Source of the DNA: the human T2T-CHM13v2.0 reference genome, Homo sapiens
DNA: 64,000 nucleotides
Direction: 5' to 3' (one strand)
Assembly (NCBI RefSeq): GCF_009914755.1
Contig: NC_060932.1
The position numbers and the translations under genes are program-made. Positions 14,338 through 26,055 of the stretch are shown in pieces. Each line of letters begins with the position of its first letter. Position 1 is the stretch's first letter. The notes below the pieces were generated by a model, which was not told the DNA's origin, made no database searches, and was given only the letters and a program-made list of their open reading frames with translations.

Positions 14338-17300
14338 TCATGATCTACTCATAAATGTAAAAACTGTAATCAGTATTTTGCTTACCCAAAATGAAAGGAA
14401 GGTAGAATTTTTCAAAGAATGGTGAACACAGTCCTTTCTAAACAAAGATCATCAGCATATATAAAGCATTACCCTTGGAGCTTTGAAATAATATCTATTT
14501 GTTGATTCCCATATCATAATTTATCTTCAAAAGATGGCATTAAAATTGCACTCTAACTATGAAACATTCTGTACTTCACAAAGTCGCAGAAGGTGAGCAA
14601 TCAATAAGTATTTATTGAGTGCATGAAGGGGTGTTTTACTTAATTTGAAAACTAGCTGATTTCAATCAGAAATAACAATTATATAAGACTTTCGCCTATA
14701 ATTAGTGAGACAAAGAAGTCTACAACATTGATTTTGCCCAAAGTATTAACTGTGAACGCTTGTTTTTCAGCTAGTGGGTTTTTAAGCATTTAAGCAGATC
14801 TTATTGGCTTTATTGACTAGTATTCAACAGCAATGCCTCTGAATGCGTTTTTATATGAGATAATCACTTTTTTCATGATATAATGTCAGTTGAGAGGAGA
14901 CCTTTCTATTTGTTATAGTAGAAATCACCCTAACTCATATAAAGCATTACGTCCAATGATTTCCAGAAAGTCGCATAAATCAGCCAACAAGAAGTTTTAA
15001 ATTAACTTTAAAGAAGAAGGCAATTTTGTTTATTTAGCTCTACTAGCTGATTCTTGAATTAAGCCCAAGTATTCTTCATTATTTATTTAAGTAAATAAAG
15101 CCACTTATGGTAATTGTACAATATTTCCTTTCAGCTCTATTCTCCCAACATTATATTCCAAATCAACTCCATATTTATATTTAAGGCAATGCTTCTAACA
15201 CAAAATGGTTATATAATTCAAACGAAGAAACTCATGAATTTGCTTTAAGAATTGGTGCTTTTCCATCTTATTTCCCACAAATTAGAATACATGTGCATGT
15301 AATGTGCATTTTACAAGAGGAGAGACATTTTTTAGAACAGGATAGTTTTAGAAAAGGAGAAAATAATCTCCAGACAAATGGTTATAATACGAAATTAAAT
15401 TTGATGTGATTTTAGGATATCTCATTTTTAGTAAAGTTTCTCTCTTTTACTGCATGAGTTAATTTATTGTAAATAGTATTTATGACAGTGCTTCATAGTG
15501 AGGAAATAGACTCAAAATCACATAAAGAACTTTTTATTATAATAATAACTTTTAGGCACATTTCTCCTTCTCACTAGCTTTGTCCCCACAAAATCAAAAC
15601 CCATAACTTATTAACTTAAAAAATTATTTCTATTTCTAAATATCAAGATAACTATAGCCATAAGGTTTTTTAAAAAATAAGCTCTTCGTGAGTTTGATTA
15701 TGGACTATTATAAAGGATTTTTTTTCCAATTCAAGTGCTTTCTCCAAATGTAGCATTTAAATTCCAAGTAAACTATGTGAATTTATTTTATAAAACAAAA
15801 ATAAACTCACCAAATACTATTTATGAAAATGATTAAGGAATAGGAGAAAACTTATCTGTTGCTGTGGGTGAGTAGGGGGGTGTATGATATCCGTATTTGT
15901 GTATGATACAATAATTACATTTTATTGAAACATATATGTAACAACTTACACATTATTCTTTTTATGGATACATATATTAATGTATGCTCGTTTAATTTTA
16001 ACCATGTCTACATAATAATCTCCATTTTCCAATGGATTCAAATACTCTTTAGATAATCTGACTGCAGCATACCACTCCAAACATCATAGTTCATTCATTG
16101 GAGTATTGTATCAAGTGGGATTTCTACAAGTCAAATAAAATAAATGCAAAGAATGGACACAAGAAAAATTAGTGTGATCAGCAGATTACATATCCTCTTT
16201 TGCAATCCTATGAGTTTATAAACTGAATTAGCTCCTAGAACATCTGTTACTTGAGGAATTGTCCTGTATAGACATATTGTCAACTATATTTTAAAGTATC
16301 TCTCTGTTAATCTATAGATCTACATTAGCTGAAGATGCAGATATAGAATAAGCAGATGCTAGTGTAAGAAATCAGTTTCACTGGGGACAATTTTTGTCTT
16401 TGTCTTTCCAGTTGGTAGTCATGAAATGTGTTGAGATTGTTTCATTTTGTTTTCACTCATTGACATGATTCATTTAACATTTCCTACAAAGAATCTCTCT
16501 AAATACTAAAAACATTTACCAAGTAAAATTCCTGTTGTGCTTGTTTTAAAAAACGGATAAGGATCATTTGTACTTAGCAGAATTTATTTGCATAGAAATA
16601 ATTAATGTTTTAAAGTTTTTCAATCTGCCATTTTCACAGGAAAAATAATAAATACACATGCTGCAATTATATTTGCATTATTATTTGCTTCCTTTAAGAC
16701 ATCCATTGTCATATTGTATCAGGAGATGTTGAATTGAGAATAAGAAAGAAAGGAAGGGAAGAGGAAGGAAAGGCAGAGAGGAAGGGAATCTGGAAAAGAG
16801 TGTGGGAGGAAAAAAAGAAGAAAGAAGCTACAAAATAATATGATAAAATCTCCCCTTTTTTGCAATAGCTCCACTTTGACATTCATCCTCCATTCACTCA
16901 TTCATTAAATATCAAAAAAAATAGATATGCTCACAGAGATGGAAGAAACCATAAAACTATTAAAAGCTTGGTACACAGTAGGCAATCCACAAATATTTGT
17001 GTTTTTTAAGAGATTCAGGAAGATGGCCATACTTTCACTATAACGGTTTTGCTTTGATATAGATCAATCTGCATTTCCTTCAGTTTAGCAGTAATAATTT
17101 TATATGATGGATGTTCCAGGTCACATTTTAAGAGTAAACAAATTTGGAAGGTCAATTTTGTCAGAAAGTAAAGAGAACTAAGAGCAAAGAGTTTGACCAA
17201 GGTCTACACAATGACCTGTATTTATTTATTAGGTTAATATATGTTTATTGTACAAAAGCAAACATACGTTTTCTCTAGAGGAATCATGACCTCCTGAAAG

Positions 17301-17490
17301 AATTTTTTTGAAACACCTCCTCCAAATGGTCATTTTCACTTTTTGTAAAGAAAGCTTTCCCTCCAAAAGCTTGCCTGGTACCCAAATCAAGAGAGCCAAT
17401 CAACAGTCTTAACATACATTTCTCATCACGCTCAAGGGACTCTTTGTGTACAGTTAGCATTTCAAAATACTTCATGAGGACCTTGAAGCA

Positions 17491-17774
17491 TTTTTTTTTT
17501 TTGAGATAGAGTCTTGCTCTATTGCCCAGGCTAGAGCGCAATGGCACAATCTCAGAGCCCAGCTCACTGGAACCTCTGCCTCCTACCTGAGCCTCCCAAG
17601 TAGCTGGGATTACAGGTGCGTGCTAGCATGCCCAGCTAATTTTTTTGTATTTTTAGTAGAGAAGGGGTTTTACCATGTTGCCCAGGCTGGTGTTGAACTC
17701 CTGACCTCAGGCAATCTGACTGCCTTCGTTTCCCAAAGTTCTGGGATTACAGGCATGAGCCACCACGCCCAGCC
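17491..17774 (-). mobile_element. AluS/J-type with small internal deletion
   Basis: Poly-T tail, dimer body, TSD cttgaagcattttt. Confidence 0.93.
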
Positions 17775-18253
17775 CTTGAAGCATTTTTCCAAGTAAGACT
17801 TCCTGCCATATTCAGAATTTTGTTTATTTCAATTTCTTCTTGTCTTGTCATTGATTTCCTTTGTTCCACAGTCTAAAAGCCTCACCTTGGTATTTCAGAC
17901 GCATAATAACCTAGCTTCAACACATTATCTACCATTCTTTCTTGTCACTCTCCACCAAACCTCCTGTGTTATAGCCTACCTGATTTTCTCACCCAATTCT
18001 GCATATGCCAGGCACCTTCACAAACCCATGGTTTGATGTCTGCTTTACCTGAAATTCTCCTCTGTACACTCAAACCCTACTCTCACCACCATAACACCAA
18101 CGGCAAAATCCTTGGCTCATTTAATTTTATATCCCTTATGGTAAAGCTTGTTATACCTTTAAGTAACCCTGATATCAGAGTGCCATCATCTGCGTAGAAC
18201 AACCTATGTATATTATTTGTAAACAAATCAGGAAAGATGAAATGAAAGGATAA

Positions 18254-18450
18254 TTCATTTCATTCATTCATTCATTCATTCATTCATTCATTCATTCATC
18301 TATTATGTATTTTGCACCTACCATGCAATAGGCTTGACACGGCTCAGAAAAGACAGTGGTTAAGACTCACTCTCAGCCCTCAAGTGACAGTCTAGTCAGA
18401 GAAATAGGCAAGTCAAAGATTAGAAATCAGACACTGTGGTGTACTTACAA
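18254..18450 (-). mobile_element. L2 3' end with (TTCA)n microsatellite (18254-18299)
   Basis: (ttca)~11 followed by ...gcacctaccatgc...ccctcaag...cagtctagt. Confidence 0.7.
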
Positions 18451-19834
18451 TAAAGCTTTCTTGAAAGAGTGGCCCAGAGACTTGTTTCACAAGTCAGAGT
18501 TCTTTCAGCACGAAAGAATGGTGCAAATCTACAGGTTGATATTATTCAGATGTTTTTCAGATAGTTTCAGAGCCTTCAAAGTTTTTACATAAATTCTTAT
18601 TTAAAATTGTGTGGGGGGAGGTGTGCGTGTGTCGTGGGGGATGGGGTTAGGTTTGTCAGCAATCAAAAACTTGTTTTGGAGCCAAAAACTATCAACAAAG
18701 ATTTGCAATTTTGTAAAAAGTCTTCTTTAGTAACTATAACACGATAAATAGTGTTTCCAAAACTGGTTTGTAGCAGCTAAATGACTACTCCTTCCCTAAT
18801 TCAATCACAACTGGAAAAGGTATACAGTTAGTTCTTCTGAGTTTTAAGTGACTTAGAAATAATTAATTTCTTTTCTCAAGAGTGGACTATCTATGGATTC
18901 AGGTGTCCAATGACCTAATGTGATTCCAATCATTTTACTGTTATAAATCTTCTATTATAAAAATCAAGAATACAGTGTCAAAAAATAAAAACTCTCCAAT
19001 ATACTTTAATACAACAATAGTAACTCTAATTTAGATCAATTAAAAAGCTTAATAATTGTGCAGTGCATATAAAAAAATCTAAAAGGCTTTGTGTTTATTT
19101 GTTCTAGATTATTACTGCCATAATTTTCAACTAATAAATCACTAGGGTCTAAACTTAATTACATATATTGTTCAAGACTGAAAAATTCTAAATTTTCGCA
19201 TGATCTAGTCTGTATTCAACGTATTTATTCTCAAAAGGAAAATTTTTTTATTCATTTCGTATTCACAAGCATACCTAGACCAGGCAGGTAAACTTGTAAC
19301 AAATGATGTAGAAAATATATTTGACCAAGTTGAATGTCACCGCTTAAGGGATTTATACTGAACTATAAACTTAGGAATGTTAAATAGTATTTAACCCTGA
19401 AAACAATTTAAGATTTTAAAGGTTTTAAAGAAAACCTTATTATTTTAAACCCATCATGTTAGATCTCAAATTCTCCTTAAATAACATATCTCCACTAATT
19501 CATCATTGTTTTTGAAAATATTTCAGTCATCATTATATGAAAGTATGTGATGAGAAATACATAGAGAAAACAGACAATAAGGAATATAAAAATAACTAAC
19601 ATTTAGGAAATTCCTCATACGAGCTTCAGCTGTAGAGATAAAGCATGTACAAATAATATGCTAGGAATAGAAGCAGTTGAAAAAATACTGATATATATCA
19701 GAAAAGTGAGTGAAGTCTTTGTTTAAACTTCAACTCAGTCCTACCTATTTAATTATACAAAATGACTCTAAAATATTAAAGGTAAAACAACCCAGAAGAA
19801 AAATATTAAACTTTTATCTACCCACGCTTAAGGG

Positions 19835-20003
19835 CTCAGATTGCTGGATTTGAGATTTAGCTCTCATTATACAACCCTGGGCCAAACTAAATCTCAGTTT
19901 TCTCACCTGTAAAAATTGCATAAAAGTAGTACCTACATCAAGGGAATGTGGTGAAGATTAAATGAGTTAATATTTAGCACTTCATAATTAGAGCTACTAT
20001 TAT
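19835..20003 (+). mobile_element. MIR
   Basis: tctcagttttctcacctgtaaaa...gtacctacatcaaggg...gtgaagattaaatgagttaat. Confidence 0.8.
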
Positions 20004-21339
20004 ATTCCCAGTGTTTTTACTTCTGTTATGGTAACCCCTCCCCCAGTAATGGGAATATTCTTACACCAAAATACTATTGGCTTTTGTGCTATTTCTTTAT
20101 TCATGTAAAATTTTGTTCCTGAATCCCCCTCCCTGTGTAGATAGTTGCCCTGGTGACATTCTTTTATTCCTTTCAACAGCCCAAATCCCTGAAGATGATG
20201 TAAACACAGCTTTAGCTACTTCGGAACATTGTTTTGATGAGTAATGTGGGAAGAAATTTTAAGTACGCATACAAATTTTTCTTAAAATACACCTGAATTT
20301 TAAAATCAGCTTCCAAAATGCTGAAATATAACAGTTTGTTTCGTTTTAGTACATCAAAGATGCTACAAAAAATTTTTGAAAAAAGAAACACATCAATCCA
20401 TTTAAATATTTTCTAGGCATTGTAACTGAGCATCAGTTGAAAATACTCATTCTTTATGCTCTTCTACAACTTTGAAATTTGGATTTCCAATTCTTTGGTA
20501 TTTGGAGGGACAGCCACTAACGACTAATCCAAAGTCTCTTTCTGGTTTACTGGCATCAATGCCAAACTCATCAACAGATCCCATATGCCATGCATAAAAC
20601 AAACCACCTTCACAACCATCAAGTTCTATGATAAGTTGTACAACTCCTAAAATTACCATTTCCACTGAAGTCTTCTGCCCCATTGCCATTAATCTGAGAG
20701 AGAATTTTGAGCTGCTTTGAGAAAATTCTGTTGAGTTGTGCATTCTTGTGGTTTCTCACTCCAAGAAAACAAAAGCAGCCTAACCAGTTTTGTTTTATTT
20801 TAGATATACAGAGAAAAAAGGAACATTTAAAAAAATATATTGGACTAAGGATTCCCAAAGACAGAGATTCATACCAAATATCATTTTAAAGTGACATCAC
20901 AAATGACACACTGTACCCATTTAGTGGAGATTATTTAATGACCACTACTGAAGTTTTACCACTTATAATTGGTGAATACTGGTAGTGGAGGTGGAAATGA
21001 GGGTATAGTTGTCTGGAATTTAAATCACGTAGGTAAGCACCATAGAAACACATGACCGGAAAGGCTAACATCCTTTGAGCAAGTCTCCTGATTCTAATAG
21101 TTTAATGTATTATTTCTCTTAATTTTTCAATGTGACGATGATAATAGCATTCACCAAAGACATTTGGTAGAAGAGTATAATTATCAAAAATATGGAAAGT
21201 TGCTTGAATATATCATTGAATATAATCTTAGGCTAGCCAAGAATTCTAAAGCATTTAGGTACAAAACATTCATGAGGACATCGTTATAACTGTCACACGT
21301 TGAATTATTGACAAATTTGGACTATTTATTTTAATATCC

Positions 21340-21590
21340 TTTGAGTATTTTCTATGTGTTAATCACTGTTTTAAGCAATTCATTTAATCCTTGTAAAACT
21401 CTATACAGTAGGTACTGTCAAATGGTACTTTGGAGATGAAAAATATTGAAAACCACCACCAGCAACAAAACCTGACACATAAAGGAGTGAAATAAATGAC
21501 CAATGCCCACAACCAAGAGATGGTAGAATAAAGAATTTCAACTCAGTTAGTCATATTTCTGGTGCCCGTATTTCTAAGCACTGTTCTCTT
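21340..21590 (-). mobile_element. MIR
   Basis: ttgagtatt..ctatgtg..cactgttttaagc..tcatttaatcct..gtaggtact. Confidence 0.6.
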
Positions 21591-22116
21591 ACAACTGCAA
21601 TTTCTTAGAATTCTCTGTAATCCTATTTCTGGCTGAAATATTAGTAGCTACTGTTGAGTTGTAACAAATGTACAGAATACTTCAATATATGAAAATATAA
21701 TTTTTCATGGGTGGTACCATTAGGCTTTACGTAATCAATAATTTAGCCAAAGCAGAGAATCACAAACCACGTTCTACTTATTTTTTACATTTATAACCAG
21801 GGACCTCATTTTGAGGCAAAATACGAGCAATTGCCTTCAAATCACTACATCTCAAACATGTTCTTATCTTAATATTCTAGCAGCTAAAAGCTGGGCAAAT
21901 TCTCAGTGGCATTCTTCTACTCTATAACTAGCCAGTGTAACTTGTTAGAGTATATGTTTTCTGAGTTGACCCTTATGGAAAAACATTTTTTCTTAATAGA
22001 GTTTAAGACAAAACATAGACTTACTGATCTTTAAATAAATATAGTTTACAAGTAGTTTTAGTACTTCTTATCCAATGGGCTACTCACCTGAAATAGTCCT
22101 CGTGTCCCACCTCTAA

Positions 22117-22117
<1 letters not shown>

Positions 22118-22158
<41 letters not shown>
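22118..22158. repeat. (CA)20 microsatellite
   Basis: Perfect dinucleotide run. Confidence 0.99.
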
Positions 22159-22159
<1 letters not shown>

Positions 22160-22323
22160 ACAACCCTCCCTTTGGTATAACTCATGGAGACTGAAGTCAG
22201 CCCTAATAGTAAAACATTCTGTAAAAGGTTGTGCCTATGTAAGTTTATTCATGGTGGGCACCAAAACCCTATATTAAAGGTCAGGTAGATACAAACTTCA
22301 AACAAACATTGTTCTATAACTTG

Positions 22324-22855
22324 TGTGGTAGGTACAATAATATTCCCCTATACACACATGCCATGATGCCTATGTCTTAATCCCGAAAACGCATGAATAT
22401 GTCACCTTACCTTGCAAAAGGGACTTTGCAGATGTCATTAAACTAAGGGCACTGAGGTGGGGAAATTATCGTGGATTACCCAAGTGGGCCAATGGAATCA
22501 CGAGGGTTCTAATAAAGGGGATGCAAGAAGGTCAGAGTCAGAAAAAGGAAATGTAAGGATGGAAGTAGAGATAAGAGAGAGACAGAAAGGGAGAGAGATC
22601 TGAAGGTTCTACACTGTGGCTTTGAAGATGGAGGAGGACCATAAGCCAGGGAGCCAAGGCCGCCTTTGGAAGTTAGAACAGGTAAGGAAACATTCTCCAT
22701 TCGAGATTTCAGAAAGCAGCCCTGCTGAAAACCCGATTTTAGCCAAATGAAACTCATTCTGGACTTCTGACCTCCCAACCTATAAGGTAAGTTTGTGTTG
22801 TTTTAAGCAGTTAAGTTTGTGATAGTTTCCTATTGCTGCTGAAACAAAATTAACA
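22324..22855 (+). mobile_element. MLT1D solo LTR (ERVL-MaLR)
   Basis: tgtggtagg...gcaaaagggactttgcagatgt...ggctttgaagatggagg...gacttctgacctcc...tgttgttttaagc. Confidence 0.9.
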
Positions 22856-23785
22856 CATTGCGAAAGTATCTACAACTTGCGACGTCGTTTTTAAAAAGGA
22901 AATGTTAAAAAATGACTGATCATTTATTTTAGAATAAAATTCCCATCTTATTATCTTAGCATCTATTGCCATCCAAAAAAATAAACTATAAATACTACAC
23001 AGTGAGGTTCTTAAATCAAGATTTAGTTTTTTCTGATGAACCAATAAGAACATTTACATTCTGAAAACTGTAATACAGTCTCTAATCTAAGTCTTATCTA
23101 GATCCCACTTCTTGCAGTGTCCTACGAATCATTTTCCGGGTACCCTGCAGTTTTCTTGGCCCAGTGTAGAAATCCTTTACTGGGAGACGTGTGTCCTCCT
23201 GTCAGCATCATTAATCTTTGAGGATGGTGTGCAGGACCTGTGTACGGGATTACTCATGTGGAATGATGGAATGTTCGGTAACTGATTTGTCTGAACACTC
23301 TCCTTCCCACTGCCAAATGCTTGCTGCTGGCTCTGTTGATGCAGGGATGGCTTTTGTCTGTGGTCTTAGTGCTCGGCAAGCTCATTTTCATGCCCATCTC
23401 TCAGCTCTCTCTAACCTGAGCATCCTTTTGTCTCCTGCAAGTTTGTTTCTTGCTGTCATCAGCCTCCTCTTTCACAATGCTAAAATGATGGGTTGTATTT
23501 TTAACCCTTTGGTGACAAGAGTCCGTGCCTGATTGGAGCTCAAATTCCATTAGTGTGCCACCCCAGTGAAATACTTCTATAAGGCAACTAAACGTCTCTC
23601 TGCAGGATTACTCTGAAATGTTGCCATTTGGTATGTTCAAGTATAATACTCGGTCTTACGACAACCGATTTTTCATCTAAAAAAAACTTACCTCCCACAT
23701 TTCAGTGTGAATTTATAACAAGTCATTTAAACTGTATGTTTATAGCAAATGAGACTTAACACAAGCTAATAGCTACTCTTTATAA

Positions 23786-24125
<340 letters not shown>

Positions 24126-24489
24126 AGGCTTCGATTTTTTAAAGGCAGGAACTATCCCAAATGCCACCTTATAAATCAGATGCCACTGTTTTAAATACAA
24201 AGATGTAGTTCTTTTCTTAATCCAAAATTTGTTTTGCTCAAAACTGGATTTGACAATCTCCTGTTGTCTCCATTTAACTCAAGAAAAGCTCCCAAATGAA
24301 AACACCCCAGTGAAAAAGTGCAGGTATCAAAAGTCCAGTAAGCTTAGGAATCATGCATGAAAGCTAGAATACATGAAATGTTATCATCCTGCAAGTGAAA
24401 AGAATATGATAACATAGCATCATTTATTATACTCCATTAGGTTAAAACTAAGATTGTATTATATTGTGGGTGTTAAGACTTGCCAAAGT

Positions 24490-25111
24490 TTTCATTTAAC
24501 TTTGACTACAGAAGAAACCACCCCTAAAATGTAGTGACTACAAACAGTAAAATTTCTTTTATTTATTTATTTATTATTATTATACTTTAAGTTTTAGGGT
24601 ACATGTACACAATGCGCAGGTTAGTTACATATGTATACATGTGCCATGCTGGTGCGCTGCACCCACTAACTCGTTATCTAGCATTAGGTATATCTAAAAT
24701 TTCTTATTTCTCATAATTCTATGGGCTGCAGGGTTTCCTCTTCTGGTGGTGGCTGGGCTCACTCATGTAGCCGCATTCAGCTGCCAGGTGAGAGGGGCTG
24801 GGAGGCCCAGGCCCCACGGTTGTTGCTGGTTGGCAGCTGGAGCCCATATGTTTTTCTTCATGTGACCTCTCATTCTCTAGCAGGACAGACTGTATTATTT
24901 ACATGGTGGTCTCAGAGCAATAGTCCCAGAGTGCAAAGAAAGAAGTTGCAAGGTCTCTTTAAGCCAAGACTCAGAAATGACACTCATTCTTACCAGAATC
25001 TATTAGTCAAAGACACAAACCCAGTTCAGATTCAAGGGGTAGGGAAATGGACTTAACCCCTTTGTGGGAGGAGCTACAAAATATCACAGCTACATTGTTC
25101 AATCTGCCACA
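24490..25111 (-). mobile_element. MLT1H-like solo LTR, interrupted by L1
   Basis: Reverse complement starts tgtggcagattg...agctcctccc...cccttgaatctg. Confidence 0.75.
24559..24694 (-). mobile_element. L1PA2-like 5'-truncated 3' end (~135 bp)
   Basis: Element strand ctagataacGAGttagtgggtgcagcgcaccagc...aaaacttAaagtataat (not the L1HS-Ta ACA/G type); TSD taaaatttctt. Confidence 0.9.
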
Positions 25112-25434
25112 CACAGTGTGCTTCAACCCTGTCAGGTGTCTTTATTTTATAACAATGCTTTTACTGTCTGAGCACATAGTGAAAGATAAACCTCAAATTA
25201 GCATTTAAATTAGTGTCGACATTAACAATTTCTTTTTTCTCTTCTTCAGAATACATATGATGGCCTGTTTTGAAGAAAAAGAGAAAGGATATAACATCTT
25301 CACGAAAACTAAGTTTCATTTCAGAATGTGGCAGGAAAAATATCAAAGAGTTTACATTTTTGAAAGCACAAATTCAAAGCATAATATCATGAAAATAAGA
25401 AGGTGGTGTAGGAAGCACTGGTATCTTCGCAGAT

Positions 25435-25640
25435 AGAATTCTCAGTTGCAAATAATAGAAACTGAAGCAGAAAGGAATTTATTGGAAGAACATTAGCTCA
25501 CAGAATCAATGAAAATGTGGGTAAATTCAGCTTGAAAATCAGAATGAATAAAGAAATGATAGGTCACCAAAATCACAACAGAGCTGTGACTTAAGACCCA
25601 GCGGCGTCCAACCCCACAATGCCAGATTCTGAGGGCCCTG
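25435..25640 (-). mobile_element. Old MLT1 (K/L/N-type) fragment
   Basis: ctcagttgcaaataatagaaac...aaaggaatttattggaag...gctcacagaatc. Confidence 0.55.
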
Positions 25641-25769
25641 CCTCAAAAACAGGGGGAGGCAAGGTCTAAAATTAACCACTGATTATTAGAATTTCCTTCA
25701 ATATAAATATTATACTGCAGTTACACTTATTTGCCAATTGTTATTTCACCTTATCCTTTAGGTAGTAAA

Positions 25770-26055
25770 TTATACGCACACACATACCAATATATTTACA
25801 TTATATGTGTATATATACACACACACACACATTCGTGTATATATATAGATACACATACACCCATATAAACACATAATACATACCATATTTACATTATATA
25901 TATATTATGTACAGATACATATATTTACATAATTACATATGTAAATATATGTATTATGTTACATTATATATTTATATTATATATTACATTATATATGTAT
26001 AATGGCAATTTGATATGTATTATGATTTATAATTAATGATATATTTATGTGTCAA
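25770..26055. repeat. Degenerate TA/CA-rich low-complexity tract
   Basis: Repeated ttacattatata / tatatac motifs. Confidence 0.85.

Noticed and set aside
16735-16830. Polypurine tract (possible triplex)
   Set aside because: Interrupted and lacks clear mirror symmetry; ordinary low-complexity DNA
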